Counted from the first letter of the stretch, positions 17,336 through 27,878 are shown. The stretch: 64,000 bases of DNA from an uncultured SAR86 cluster bacterium (GCA_902595065.1 CACJOM010000001.1:323463-387462), one strand, 5' to 3'. A program made the numbers and translations. The notes: a model not told the origin generated them from the letters alone.

Positions 17336-19093
17336 TCAATCTTGTTTCGAACTTAATTTTTCTAACCAATTTCGATCATCGTCAGTGATTTCTTGCTTTT
17401 TTAAGATGATTTGTTGTAAATCTCTTCTTTCTGCTGGCGTAATCGATCTGACATTATACTTGTCTTTGAGTGTTTGCTCTCTATCTTTTTGATTTTTTAA
17501 TAAAATATCCATGCAATCGCTTACAAGTTTTAAAGCATTTTTTTCTGATAATACAAGCCCTTCTACAACAGCTTCTGAGAAATAGCCCTTAATTTGATCT
17601 GATTCAAGGCTTTCAATTACTCTGGATGGCTTGATATCAGGTGTTTGTTTGTATAAATCTAAAATTACAAATAAGAAATCAAACTTTGGATTATTCTTTA
17701 GCTCATCAAAGAGAGGCTCTTGTGCTATGGCTGGAAAGGCTAATAAAGCGCTAAAAATATTTATAACTGCTTTTACTCGGACTGGCGTGTTTGAACTTGA
17801 CCTACTGACATGATCTGTATCTTGTCTAATAGCTGGACTTGATGATGCATCCATTTTCTTAATATCCATGCCGCATAATTTTGAGACCTCACTGGCATAA
17901 ATTTCTTTGATAACTGAATTATTTATTTTATTTACTATTGGAATAGCAAAAGATGCGGCTTGAGCTCTGCCTTCTAATGTTTCCAAATTAAATTCTTTTA
18001 CCTTCGACAAAAAGTATGATGAAAGCGAAATTGATTCATCTAGAAGTTTTTGGAAAGCCTCTAATCCATGCTCATTAATATATGAATCTGGATCATGACC
18101 TTGTTCAAAAAATACAAAATGAATATTGATGTCTTCTCTTATTATCGGAAAAGTATTTTCCACTGCTTTCCATGCCGCCTTTCCCCCAGCTAAATCTCCA
18201 TCAAAAGCAAAAAATATCTTATTGGTATAGCGCATGATTTTAGAAACATGATTTGGTGTTACGGCTGTGCCTAGAGTTGCTACAGCATTTTTAATGCCAT
18301 GTTCATAAAGACCTATTACATCCATATATCCTTCGACAACTATTAAAGATGTAATATTTTTTTCTAATTCTTTGACTTCATACAAACCAAATAGCTCATT
18401 TGATTTGTTAAAAAATGAAGTTTCAGGAGAATTTAGATACTTCGGCTCCCCTTCATCTATTATTCTTCCACCCATAGCAATAAAATCACCTTTTATATTT
18501 CTTATTGGAAAAATAATTCTGCCCCTAAACCGATCGTAAAATCGACTATCTTTCTTGCTAAATAATCCAGACTCATCTAATTCTTGACTTGGAGTATCAG
18601 CGCCCAAATGATTTAAAAGGCCATCCCACTTATCTTGAGCATATCCAATATTAAACTTCTTGGCTGTCGCACCAGTAATCTTTCTATCCTTGAGATATTG
18701 AACAGCTTTTGGGGCAGAAGTTTCATTAAGATTAGCTGTATAAAATTTTACTGCTTTCTCAACTAAGCCACTGGGTTTAGATTTCCCTGATCTAATGTTC
18801 TCATATGGCACAGTCATGCCTGCTGAACTTGCCAGAGTTTCAATCGCATCAACAAATTCTAGATTTTCATAGCGCCTAAGAAAATGAATTGCATTGCCAG
18901 ACTCTTGGCAAACAAAACAATAAAAAAACTGTTTTTCTTGATTGACAGCCATAGAGGGATTTGAATCATCATGAAATGGACATTGACACCAAAAATTTGC
19001 TCCCTTTTTATTTAAAGGTATTCGCCGACCTACTACATCAACAATATCGGTTTGATCTAATAGCTGATCAATAAAACTAGTTGGAATTGACAT
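17336..19093 (-). CDS. dnaG: DNA primase DnaG
   Basis: CHC2 zinc finger (CPFHDDSNPSMAVN...FYCFVC), TOPRIM (VVEGYMDV, FDGDLAG) and a C-terminal helicase-interaction region. Confidence 0.97.
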   Translation of the reverse strand: MSIPTSFIDQLLDQTDIVDVVGRRIPLNKKGANFWCQCPFHDDSNPSMAVNQEKQFFYCFVCQESGNAIHFLRRYENLEFVDAIETLASSAGMTVPYENIRSGKSKPSGLVEKAVKFYTANLNETSAPKAVQYLKDRKITGATAKKFNIGYAQDKWDGLLNHLGADTPSQELDESGLFSKKDSRFYDRFRGRIIFPIRNIKGDFIAMGGRIIDEGEPKYLNSPETSFFNKSNELFGLYEVKELEKNITSLIVVEGYMDVIGLYEHGIKNAVATLGTAVTPNHVSKIMRYTNKIFFAFDGDLAGGKAAWKAVENTFPIIREDINIHFVFFEQGHDPDSYINEHGLEAFQKLLDESISLSSYFLSKVKEFNLETLEGRAQAASFAIPIVNKINNSVIKEIYASEVSKLCGMDIKKMDASSSPAIRQDTDHVSRSSSNTPVRVKAVINIFSALLAFPAIAQEPLFDELKNNPKFDFLFVILDLYKQTPDIKPSRVIESLESDQIKGYFSEAVVEGLVLSEKNALKLVSDCMDILLKNQKDREQTLKDKYNVRSITPAERRDLQQIILKKQEITDDDRNWLEKLSSKQD

Positions 19094-19484
19094 GCTGTTC
19101 GATCCAGTTATCTAAAAATATTTTTGCTGCTAAATCATCGATGCGATCGTCTTTTGAATCTACTTGCATCAATTGCTTTGCCTCAAACGAGGTTAATCTC
19201 TCATCAACTAATTCACAAGGTATACCACTAATCTTTTGAAGTTTCTTGAAAAATGAGTCAACTTTTTTCATCATCTCACTGGGAGTCCCATCCATATTTA
19301 ACGGTTTGCCAACTAGCAATTGGTCTGGTTTCCATTCATCAATGAGCTTGGAAATTGTATTCCAAATTTCTTTACCCTCCCGGGCAACATTAAGCACAAC
19401 TAAAGGAGAGGATGTCTTCGTAATAGTTTGCCCAACAGCCACGCCAATGTGGTGAGTTCCAAAATCAAAAGCTAAAATCTGCAT
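19077..19484 (-). CDS. ruvX: Putative pre-16S rRNA nuclease / Holliday junction resolvase-like YqgF (RuvX)
   Basis: MQILAFDFGTHHIGVAVG is the RNase H-fold YqgF signature, with DERLTS near the C-terminus. It overlaps the dnaG start by 17 nt. Confidence 0.9.
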   Translation of the reverse strand: MQILAFDFGTHHIGVAVGQTITKTSSPLVVLNVAREGKEIWNTISKLIDEWKPDQLLVGKPLNMDGTPSEMMKKVDSFFKKLQKISGIPCELVDERLTSFEAKQLMQVDSKDDRIDDLAAKIFLDNWIEQHVNSN

Positions 19485-19486
19485 TA

Positions 19487-20104
19487 CTAAGAATTTGTAA
19501 AATTCCAGTCTCGAACAATTTCAAGCTGTTGATAGTTTGCAACCATATCCTCTGGAAAAGGTTCAAATGGAGCTGATTGATATAAAATCTTTAATGCCAA
19601 ATCATCCATCATCGAATTTCCCGAAGACTGAAGAATATCAGCGTCTATTAAATTTCCCATATGGTCAATTATTGACTTAATTTGAACTCTAAAATTACCT
19701 TGAATAATATCAGAGCGGGAAATTTCATAGTATCCTGCTGTCTCAACCTTTCTTTGCCATGCATTTAAATAAATGGTTTCAAAACTCTGCAAGGATGAGT
19801 TAGATTCTAAGCGTCTCACGCTAAACTGAGATTTATCTTGAAGATTCACATCTTGAGAAACCATTGCAGCATGTTGATTGGTTTGCTGAATAAATTCCTT
19901 GCCATCTAAGAAACTTCCCTTCATATCAAATTCTCCATCAGCGAATTTAATATTTACGATTGCCTCTTCATTAAATTCCCATGGTTGCTTAATAGCAACA
20001 AAGCTGATTCCAAAAATAACCACCCCATGGAACATTAAAGATGCAAGCATGGATTTTTTAAATCCCCATCTTTGAATTCTTTGTTTATAAATCAGTGGCT
20101 GCAT
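19487..20104 (-). CDS. TonB C-terminal-domain-like membrane-anchored protein
   Basis: An N-terminal anchor (MLASLMFHGVVIFGISFVAI) is followed by a C-terminal beta-alpha-beta pattern (SSGNSMMDDLALKILYQSAPFEPFP). Its position between gshB and ruvX matches the TonB-like gene in Pseudomonas synteny as I recall it. Confidence 0.5.
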   Translation of the reverse strand: MQPLIYKQRIQRWGFKKSMLASLMFHGVVIFGISFVAIKQPWEFNEEAIVNIKFADGEFDMKGSFLDGKEFIQQTNQHAAMVSQDVNLQDKSQFSVRRLESNSSLQSFETIYLNAWQRKVETAGYYEISRSDIIQGNFRVQIKSIIDHMGNLIDADILQSSGNSMMDDLALKILYQSAPFEPFPEDMVANYQQLEIVRDWNFTNS

Positions 20105-20105
20105 T

Positions 20106-21038
20106 TTATATCGATTGAAGCAAGGTCTTGATTGGATTTTTGCCGGTTTGAGTAAGAATTTCTCTTGCGCCAGTAGGGCTTGTGATATTAATTTCAGTTA
20201 AATAATTGCCAATCATATCAATCCCCGCAAACATAATGCCCTCTTCCATTAGCACCTTGCCGATCTCTAGACTAACTGCTACTTGATGATCGGATAATTC
20301 ACGAGCCTCACCTATGCCGCCAGCCGCAAGATTGCCTTTAAAGCTTCCTTCTTGAGGAATTCTAGCTAATGCAAAAGGAAAAGGTTTGCCGTGAATGATA
20401 AGTATTCGGTAATCTCCAGCATAAATTTCAGGTAAGAAATTTTGAACCATGACCATGGTTTGATAATCATTGGTGAGTGATTTAAAAATTTCTAAATGAT
20501 CTGTTGAGCTTTCATCAAATTTATAAATTGACTCTCCTCCCATGCCATCAAGAGGCTTTAAAATAATAGTCGAATATTTATTTTTAAATAATTTAAAATC
20601 TTCTTCTTTGCAAATTACACTTGTATCAGGCATCCAATTAGAAAATTGGAGGGCAAAAATCTTTTCATTAAATTTCTTTAAAGCTGCAGGTCGATTGATA
20701 ACATTTGCGCCCTCAGTTTCAGCCTGAGATAGTAAATGCAAGGCATTCATGTAGCCTTCATCTACTGGTGGGTCTTTTCTCATAAATATATAATCAATGT
20801 CCTTTAGCCGTTTAATATCATCAACTTTATTAATGATCTGGGGACTATCGTTAGGATCTGGGATTTCAACACAATTGGCATAAGTTTGTTGGTCTTTATA
20901 AATTAAATCTTTCATCTCGCATTGAAGAATTTGACTGCCCATTTCATAGGCCTCCTGCATCCATACAATAGTCGTATCTTTTTTTGGATTTAATTCACTC
21001 AGAGGGTCAGTAATAAAAAGTGAAGAAGTTCCTTGCAT
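20106..21038 (-). CDS. gshB: Glutathione synthetase
   Basis: Prokaryotic GshB ATP-grasp pattern (ILKPLDGMGG, GDYRILIIHG, EINITSPTG) at 310 aa. Confidence 0.93.
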   Translation of the reverse strand: MQGTSSLFITDPLSELNPKKDTTIVWMQEAYEMGSQILQCEMKDLIYKDQQTYANCVEIPDPNDSPQIINKVDDIKRLKDIDYIFMRKDPPVDEGYMNALHLLSQAETEGANVINRPAALKKFNEKIFALQFSNWMPDTSVICKEEDFKLFKNKYSTIILKPLDGMGGESIYKFDESSTDHLEIFKSLTNDYQTMVMVQNFLPEIYAGDYRILIIHGKPFPFALARIPQEGSFKGNLAAGGIGEARELSDHQVAVSLEIGKVLMEEGIMFAGIDMIGNYLTEINITSPTGAREILTQTGKNPIKTLLQSI

Positions 21039-21781
21039 TAGTATTCTCCAAATAAACTATGGAATTTAGACAAACCAACAACTGGCGCTGTTTCAGCTCG
21101 AAGTACATAATGTCCTATTTTTAGAGACTGCAAACCCAATACACTCATGGTGTCACGTTCAGCTGCTGAGAAACCTGATTCGGGCCCTGTAATAATGCTA
21201 ATACTGTTTAAACTCAAGACTTCATGATCTTTTATAAATTGATTAGCAATTGTATCAAGAACAAATAATCCATCGAAATCTGAATTTACCTTTCGACTTT
21301 GAAGGCATTTTTTAAGCCCATCAAAGTAATCAATACTGGGCAAATGATTGCAGCCAGATTGCTCACAAGCACTAATAATGGCCTCTTCCAGGCGAAGGTT
21401 TAATTTAGATAAATCTTTTTTTGCTAATGATTGATCAAGATTATCTGGTCTGTATATAAGAATCGAGTTAACTCCTAATTCAATAAGCTTTTGCAATGAA
21501 TAGATTAAATTCTCTTTTTTAATGTATGGAATTATTGATTGATACAACTTTTGATAAGGATTTTGAACTAATGAAATATCACCAACTTGAAAATATATAT
21601 AAGCTTTACCAATCTCTCCTATGGTGCCGTTTGCCATGAAACCGCAACCATCGAATAACTCCACAGGATCATTTGGTTTTAACCTTAGAACCTTGGCAAG
21701 ATGATGTATTTGTTTTATGTTGGTGCACTTATAACTTGGTGCAGACAATTTAGGACAATAAATTCTTGGCTTTCTCATCAA
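21038..21781 (-). CDS. rsmE: 16S rRNA (uracil1498-N3)-methyltransferase RsmE
   Basis: PUA-like N-terminus (HHLAKVLRLKPND) and a SPOUT C-terminus (GPESGFSAAE ... LRAETA). Adjacent to gshB, as in many gammaproteobacteria. Confidence 0.88.
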   Translation of the reverse strand: MMRKPRIYCPKLSAPSYKCTNIKQIHHLAKVLRLKPNDPVELFDGCGFMANGTIGEIGKAYIYFQVGDISLVQNPYQKLYQSIIPYIKKENLIYSLQKLIELGVNSILIYRPDNLDQSLAKKDLSKLNLRLEEAIISACEQSGCNHLPSIDYFDGLKKCLQSRKVNSDFDGLFVLDTIANQFIKDHEVLSLNSISIITGPESGFSAAERDTMSVLGLQSLKIGHYVLRAETAPVVGLSKFHSLFGEY

Positions 21782-21806
21782 GTAATTATAAGTGGTATTT
21801 TTTGTA

Positions 21807-22367
21807 ATGAGTCAAAGTCACATTATTCTTGTAAGACACGGGGAGGCATCTGCAGAATGGTCTGTGCATCTTGATCCTGGTTTGAGCGCAAAAGGTCGTG
21901 GACAAGCTAAAAATTCTGGCAAGAGTTTAGTTAATGAGCTGTCTTGCTATCAACTCCTTTCTAGTCCAAAGAAAAGAGCTATTGAGACTATGGAAATAAT
22001 GAACAAAGGATATAAAAACTCTTTTGAATTAGATCATAGGTTTATTGAAATACCATCAAGCAATATTGATGCTGATAAAAAAAAAGAATGGTTAGTAAGT
22101 ATTTTCACAACTCCAATTGAAGAACTACCTGAAACAGTAACGGAATGGCGCAATAAATTAATAGATTGGCTTAGAGATGCTGAAGGTAATTTTATTGTGG
22201 CTACACACTTTATGGTGATCAATGCATTGGTTTCACATATAACAAGTAATGATGTAATTTCATATTTCCATCCTGATTATGCATCTAGGACAGAGATATT
22301 TATAAGAAATGGAAAATTAACTCAATTAATTCTTGGAGATGATAAAAAAACTGTAATAAATCTCTAA
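21807..22367 (+). CDS. Histidine phosphatase family protein (SixA / phosphoglycerate-mutase-like)
   Basis: The RHG catalytic motif IILVRHGEA is at the N-terminus. ATG at 21807 is preferred over the GTG at 21792. Confidence 0.65.
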   Translation: MSQSHIILVRHGEASAEWSVHLDPGLSAKGRGQAKNSGKSLVNELSCYQLLSSPKKRAIETMEIMNKGYKNSFELDHRFIEIPSSNIDADKKKEWLVSIFTTPIEELPETVTEWRNKLIDWLRDAEGNFIVATHFMVINALVSHITSNDVISYFHPDYASRTEIFIRNGKLTQLILGDDKKTVINL

Positions 22368-22429
22368 AAGCAGTTGAGCAATTTTTAATCAGCTGTAGAA
22401 TTTATATTTTGCATAAAAATCTCTACTTA

Positions 22430-22696
22430 ATGACTAAAACAGTCTCACAAAAAACAAAAAGTAAACCTCTTAGTGAGCAAGTAAGAAAGGCTATGAAGAA
22501 ATACTTTGCCACTCTTGATGATACAAGCCCTGCAAATGTTTATGAAATGGTTATGGCGGAGGTTGAACCTGAGCTTTTAAAGGCAGTAATGAGGTATACA
22601 AACAATAATCAATCTAAGGCTGCAACTGCTCTGGGATTGAATAGAGCCACCCTCAGAAAAAAATTACATAGATATAACATTATAAAAAAATCATGA
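22430..22696 (+). CDS. fis: DNA-binding protein Fis
   Basis: C-terminal HTH NQSKAATALGLNRATLRKKLHRYNI, size about 88 aa from the ATG at 22430, and fis-purH-purD order as in Pseudomonas. No dusB lies upstream. Confidence 0.9.
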   Translation: MTKTVSQKTKSKPLSEQVRKAMKKYFATLDDTSPANVYEMVMAEVEPELLKAVMRYTNNNQSKAATALGLNRATLRKKLHRYNIIKKS

Positions 22697-24231
22697 GCCT
22701 AATTACCCCAAAAACTGCTCTTGTAAGTCTCTCAGATAAATCTAACTTAGATGAATTGATAAACTTTCTGCTTGATCAAGAAGTAAAAATTATTTCAACC
22801 GGGGGCACTTACAATGCCATTAAAAAAATTACAGATCAGGTTGTAGAGGTTTCAGAATTTACTGGATTTGAAGAAATGATGGATGGTCGAGTCAAAACTT
22901 TACATCCAAAAATTCATGCTGGAATTTTGGCTAGAAGAGAAACAGATTTAGAGGTTTTAACTGAGCGTGATTATGAAGTAATTGACATAGTTATAGTTAA
23001 TTTATATCCATTTCAAGATACGGTTGCCTCAGGATGTGAATTTGATGAGGCTATAGAAAAAATCGATATAGGTGGACCAACGATGATCAGGTCGGCGGCT
23101 AAAAACTTTAAAGATGTTGCAGTTATCTCTGATCCAAATGATTACGGGCGTTTAATAGATGAATGGAAAAATCAAGGAGGCTTAAGTTACGAATTTAGAA
23201 AAGAGCTTTCACAAAAAGTATTTCAGCTCATGGCTGAATACAATTTTGCTATTGCAAATTATCTAAAAAATGTATCATCTAATTCTCCTCAATATAACTT
23301 CAGCAAGAGTGAATCGCTAAGATACGGAGAAAATCCTCATCAAAGTGCAGATTTATTAACTTTTTCTAATCTAGAACATAAAAATATCGCCAATGCAGAT
23401 GTTCTTCAGGGCAAAGAACTTTCGTACAATAACATTGTAGATGCTGATGCTGCCTGGGAATGTGTTAGAGCATTTGATGAGCCAGCTTGTGTTATTGTAA
23501 AACATGCAAATCCCTGCGGAGTTGCTGAAGCAAACTCTATTTTTGATGCTTATGACTTGGCATTCAATACTGATCCAACATCTGCCTTCGGTGGAATTAT
23601 TGCCTTTAACAGAGAGCTGGATAAAAAAACTGCTGAAGAAATTAATGCTCGTCAATTTGTTGAGGTTGTCTTAGCTACCAGTTTTGAAGAAGCAGCATTA
23701 GCGGAGCTGGCTAAAAAGAAAAATATACGAGTTTTATGCGTAGATTTGGAACAAGACAACCCATATCCAGGCGTTATTAAAAAAGTGTCTGGAGGAATTT
23801 TAATTCAAAGCGATGACACTTTTATTGTTCCCAAAGCAGACCTTCAATGCGTTACTAAAAGGCAGCCGACCGCTGAAGAAATTAATGACCTTATGTTTGC
23901 ATGGAAGGTTGCTAAATTTGTTAAATCAAATGCTATTGTTTATGTCAAAAATAAACAGACAATTGGCATTGGCGCCGGCCAAATGAGTAGAGTAATTAGT
24001 GCTGAGATTGCTAATCTTAAAGCCAAAGAGGAAGGTTTAGAGGTCCAGGGTGCAGCAATGGCATCAGATGCATTCTTTCCATTTAGGGATGGCATAGATA
24101 AAGCTGCTTCTAGCGGGATAGCAACAATTATTCAACCCGGTGGATCGATTAGAGATGAGGAAGTGATTGCCGCTGCTGATGAAAATAACATAGCTATGGT
24201 CTTTACTGCGACACGTCATTTTAGACATTAA
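22693..24231 (+). CDS. purH: Bifunctional AICAR transformylase / IMP cyclohydrolase PurH
   Basis: MGS-like N-terminus (ALVSLSDKSNL, STGGT) and a C-terminal AICARFT domain ending TATRHFRH. Confidence 0.97.
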   Translation: MSLITPKTALVSLSDKSNLDELINFLLDQEVKIISTGGTYNAIKKITDQVVEVSEFTGFEEMMDGRVKTLHPKIHAGILARRETDLEVLTERDYEVIDIVIVNLYPFQDTVASGCEFDEAIEKIDIGGPTMIRSAAKNFKDVAVISDPNDYGRLIDEWKNQGGLSYEFRKELSQKVFQLMAEYNFAIANYLKNVSSNSPQYNFSKSESLRYGENPHQSADLLTFSNLEHKNIANADVLQGKELSYNNIVDADAAWECVRAFDEPACVIVKHANPCGVAEANSIFDAYDLAFNTDPTSAFGGIIAFNRELDKKTAEEINARQFVEVVLATSFEEAALAELAKKKNIRVLCVDLEQDNPYPGVIKKVSGGILIQSDDTFIVPKADLQCVTKRQPTAEEINDLMFAWKVAKFVKSNAIVYVKNKQTIGIGAGQMSRVISAEIANLKAKEEGLEVQGAAMASDAFFPFRDGIDKAASSGIATIIQPGGSIRDEEVIAAADENNIAMVFTATRHFRH

Positions 24232-24233
24232 AA

Positions 24234-25502
24234 ATGCACATTTTGGTTATTGGATCAGGCGGCAGAGAACATGCTTTAGCTTGGAAATGTGCACAAGATA
24301 CATCTGTGTCAGAAGTTTTCGTTTGTCCAGGAAATGCAGGGACTGCTCTAGAAAAAAAAGTATCTAATGTTTCTATTAATGTTAATGATTTTACTGCAGT
24401 AAAAGATTTTTGCATTGAAAAAAATATTGCTCTAGTAATTGTTGGGCCTGAACAGCCTCTTGTTGATGGGCTAGTAGACCACTTGCATTCAAATAATATC
24501 AAAACCTTCGGGCCTTCAAGCGCTGCTGCTCAGTTAGAAGGCTCTAAAACATTCTCAAAAGACTTTTTTATTAAGTACGGAATCCCTACAGCCACTTATA
24601 AGGCCTTCGATAATTTTGATAATGCAAAAGAGCACTTAAAGCATATTCCCTATCCAACAGTAGTAAAGGCAGATGGTTTAGCAGCAGGCAAGGGAGTGAT
24701 TATTTGCCAAACTGAAAGTGAAGCTTTGGAGGCCTTGGTTAGTATTTTTAAAGACCAAGCATTTGGAGATGCGGGAACAAGTGTGGTTATTGAAGATTTT
24801 TTAAATGGAGAGGAAGCAAGTTTTATTGCTGTAGTCAGCAAAGATAAGATTATCCCTCTTGCAACCAGCCAGGATCATAAAGCCGTGGGTGATGGTGATG
24901 TGGGATTAAATACAGGTGGCATGGGTGCATATTCGCCTGCGCCAATAGTTAATGAAGCACTTCATCAAAAAATTATTGACGAAGTGATGCATCCAACAAT
25001 GCAAGGTTTAATGGCTGAAGGCTCACCCTATCTTGGGTTCTTATATGCTGGACTAATGATTAATAACGAAGAATTGAAAGTTCTTGAATTTAATTGCAGA
25101 TTTGGAGATCCTGAAACTCAACCTATTCTACTACGATTAAAATCAAGTCTGGTTGAACTTTGTCTTTCAGCAATCGATGATAAGTTAAACGATTATCAAA
25201 TTCAGTGGACTGATGACCATGCCTGTGGGGTGGTAATTGCATGCGATGGCTATCCCGAGAACTATTCAAAAAATAATGAAATAACAATTAAGTCCTCTGA
25301 TACCGATAAAATAAAGCTATTCCATGCAGGTACAAAACTTCAAGATGATAAAATTTTAACATCAGGAGGGAGAGTATTTTGCGCAACTGCTTTAGGTAAA
25401 GATCTACAAGAAGCTCAATCAAAAGCTTATGATCTGGTAGAATCTGTATCCTTCGATGGAGCTTTTTATCGAAGAGATATTGGGAATAAAGGATTGAAAT
25501 GA
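24234..25502 (+). CDS. purD: Phosphoribosylamine-glycine ligase PurD
   Basis: MHILVIGSGGREHALAWK, an ATP-grasp body and EFNCRFGDPE. Confidence 0.97.
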   Translation: MHILVIGSGGREHALAWKCAQDTSVSEVFVCPGNAGTALEKKVSNVSINVNDFTAVKDFCIEKNIALVIVGPEQPLVDGLVDHLHSNNIKTFGPSSAAAQLEGSKTFSKDFFIKYGIPTATYKAFDNFDNAKEHLKHIPYPTVVKADGLAAGKGVIICQTESEALEALVSIFKDQAFGDAGTSVVIEDFLNGEEASFIAVVSKDKIIPLATSQDHKAVGDGDVGLNTGGMGAYSPAPIVNEALHQKIIDEVMHPTMQGLMAEGSPYLGFLYAGLMINNEELKVLEFNCRFGDPETQPILLRLKSSLVELCLSAIDDKLNDYQIQWTDDHACGVVIACDGYPENYSKNNEITIKSSDTDKIKLFHAGTKLQDDKILTSGGRVFCATALGKDLQEAQSKAYDLVESVSFDGAFYRRDIGNKGLK

Positions 25503-26125
25503 ACTTACTAGATAACTTTATAAAAGAGTGTGATATTGCTTTGAAAACACTGTCATTCAAAAAGAGTGGAACGGGCAGATCGTATCCAGCCAATAAGTCC
25601 CCCTCTTCCTTATCAAAAGAGGAGAAAAATCTATCAGCGCAACTAATGCGAGTAAATTTAGCTGGTGAAGTAGCAGCTCAAGCACTTTACAGAGGTCAAG
25701 CAATGGTTTGCAAAGATGCTGACGTCAAAAATCATCTCGTGCAAGCTGGCGAAGAAGAAACAGACCATTTAATTTGGTGTAAAAAGCGTCTTGAAGAATT
25801 AAATGGACAACCATCAATCCTTAACCCTGTTTGGTATGCAGGGTCATTTGCTATTGGCGCAATATTTGGAAGCTTTGGGGAAAGAACTAGTTTAGGGTTT
25901 GTGGAAGAAACTGAAAAACAGGTAGTGAAGCACCTTGAAAGACATTTAGATAAAGTATCAAAAAATGACACTGAAACAATTGAAATTTTAAAGACTATGC
26001 GAGCTGATGAAGATGAGCATGCCCAAGAAGCTATGGAAAACGGAAGTGAATCATTGTCTGAGCCCACAAAAAAACTTATGAGCTTCACTGCAAAGGTGAT
26101 GACCTCATCAAGCGCTTATATTTAA
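25499..26125 (+). CDS. coq7: Demethoxyubiquinone hydroxylase Coq7 (di-iron carboxylate)
   Basis: LMRVNLAGEVAAQALY, paired E...EExxH motifs (EEETDHL, DEDEHAQ) and about 208 aa. Confidence 0.88.
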   Translation: MNLLDNFIKECDIALKTLSFKKSGTGRSYPANKSPSSLSKEEKNLSAQLMRVNLAGEVAAQALYRGQAMVCKDADVKNHLVQAGEEETDHLIWCKKRLEELNGQPSILNPVWYAGSFAIGAIFGSFGERTSLGFVEETEKQVVKHLERHLDKVSKNDTETIEILKTMRADEDEHAQEAMENGSESLSEPTKKLMSFTAKVMTSSSAYI

Positions 26126-26868
26126 AAAGAGCCCCTCATTAAACTTTCTCCAACGAGAAAGACTCCGATATTATTGAGTTTTAAATAATTCATATCCTCC
26201 CTAGATTTAATTCCTGACTCTGCGATAAAGATATTTTTTTGTTTGAATAAATTCCTTAAGCGAACAGAATTATCTAGGTCAACCTTAAATGTTTTGAGAT
26301 TTCTGTTGTTGACACCTATCAAAGCATCTTCAAAATGCTCAATTCTACGAAGTTCATTTTCACTATGCACCTCAATTAAATAATCTAGCTCTAACTTTTC
26401 AGCTACATTAACAAAATCCTCGATTTGCTGATCCGAAAGAATGGATGCAATCAATAAAATACAATCTGCACCAATCAATTTAGATTCATAAATCTGGTAC
26501 TCATCAATCATGAAATCTTTTCTTAAAATTGGTAAGGCAGTAATCCTCTTAACAATTTTTAAATACTCATTGCTCCCCATAAAAAAATCTTCTTCGGTCA
26601 AAATTGACAATGCAGACGCTCCAAAAGCCTCATATTCAATTGCTTTTTTCACTGGATCAAATTCTTCTACAATGACTCCTGCGCTGGGTGAGGCTTTTTT
26701 TATTTCTGCAATAATGGCTTCATCTTTATTGGAGATATTATCTTTAAATCTTCCCCTAGGAAGATCGAGATCTTCTAAAGAGCTTTTTATTTGCTTCAAA
26801 GATAATTCTTCTTTCTTATGAATAAGTTTCGCTTTTGTATTTGCAACTATTGATTGGAGAATATTCAT
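26122..26868 (-). CDS. trpC: Indole-3-glycerol phosphate synthase TrpC
   Basis: IAEIKKASPSAG, ILRKDF, INNRNLKTF and ESGI motifs. Last gene of a trpEGDC run. Confidence 0.95.
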   Translation of the reverse strand: MNILQSIVANTKAKLIHKKEELSLKQIKSSLEDLDLPRGRFKDNISNKDEAIIAEIKKASPSAGVIVEEFDPVKKAIEYEAFGASALSILTEEDFFMGSNEYLKIVKRITALPILRKDFMIDEYQIYESKLIGADCILLIASILSDQQIEDFVNVAEKLELDYLIEVHSENELRRIEHFEDALIGVNNRNLKTFKVDLDNSVRLRNLFKQKNIFIAESGIKSREDMNYLKLNNIGVFLVGESLMRGSF

Positions 26869-27878
26869 TAGCTATTTGAAACTCTTACATAAGAAGCTAA
26901 TTTATCTGCAGCCATGCCATTGTTCATTAATTCAAATGAAAGCTCAACGCCGCTTGCGATTGAATCTACTTTTTTTGCTAGATATAAAGCTGCTCCAGCA
27001 TTAAGAGCAATCATATCTTGGACAGCTGATTTATCACCTGAGAAGGCTTCCCTAATTAATTGCAAGCTGTCATCGGGCGAGGCAGCTGAAATTTCAGATA
27101 GCGTTCCAAGAGATAAGCCAAAATCTTTTGGAGAAATTTCATACTCAGAGATAGTATTATCCTTTAGCTCTGCAACATATGTGGAGTCGGTGATAGTGAT
27201 TTCATCTAACCCATCGAAACCATGAACAATAAGAACATGATCCATGGATAAATTCTTTGCAACCGATGCAAAAGTTCTAACCAAATCTTTTTGATAAACA
27301 CCTAAAATTTGCCTTTTTGCACCACATGGATTTGTATGAGGACCAAGTAAATTAAATAAGGTTTTTTTTCCAATCTTTTGCCTGGCGGGCATAACATATT
27401 TCATTGATTCATGATGCAAGGGAGCAAACAAAAAAACAAAACCCACCCTCCTAAAAATAACTTCTAATTTTTCTCTATCATGGGCTATATTAGCTCCAGC
27501 TGCTAGCAATAAATCTGCACTTCCTGACTTACTTGATACTGCCTTGTTACCATGCTTAGTTACTGATGCTCCTCCTGCAGCAGCCACAAAAGATGAAGCG
27601 GTAGAACAGTTAAAAGTATGTAATCCCGACCCCCCTGTGCCGCAAGTATCTATATGATCTCCATCACCCAATGGAAAACTAAGAGATTTTTCTTTCATGA
27701 CCCTAGCTGCAGCAGTAATCTCAGCTTCCTGAATACCCTTCGCATTTAACGCCAATAAAAATTCTTCTATAGATTGATCGTCAACCTTTCCAGTCATGAT
27801 TGATTCAATTGCGTGCTGCATAGAATGAAAATCAAGATCCTCTTTTTTTTCTAGTTGATTAATAAAATTCTGGATCAT
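26868..27878 (-). CDS. trpD: Anthranilate phosphoribosyltransferase TrpD
   Basis: DTCGTGGSG, KHGNKAVSSKSGSAD and NLLGPHTNP motifs. Confidence 0.95.
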   Translation of the reverse strand: MIQNFINQLEKKEDLDFHSMQHAIESIMTGKVDDQSIEEFLLALNAKGIQEAEITAAARVMKEKSLSFPLGDGDHIDTCGTGGSGLHTFNCSTASSFVAAAGGASVTKHGNKAVSSKSGSADLLLAAGANIAHDREKLEVIFRRVGFVFLFAPLHHESMKYVMPARQKIGKKTLFNLLGPHTNPCGAKRQILGVYQKDLVRTFASVAKNLSMDHVLIVHGFDGLDEITITDSTYVAELKDNTISEYEISPKDFGLSLGTLSEISAASPDDSLQLIREAFSGDKSAVQDMIALNAGAALYLAKKVDSIASGVELSFELMNNGMAADKLASYVRVSNS

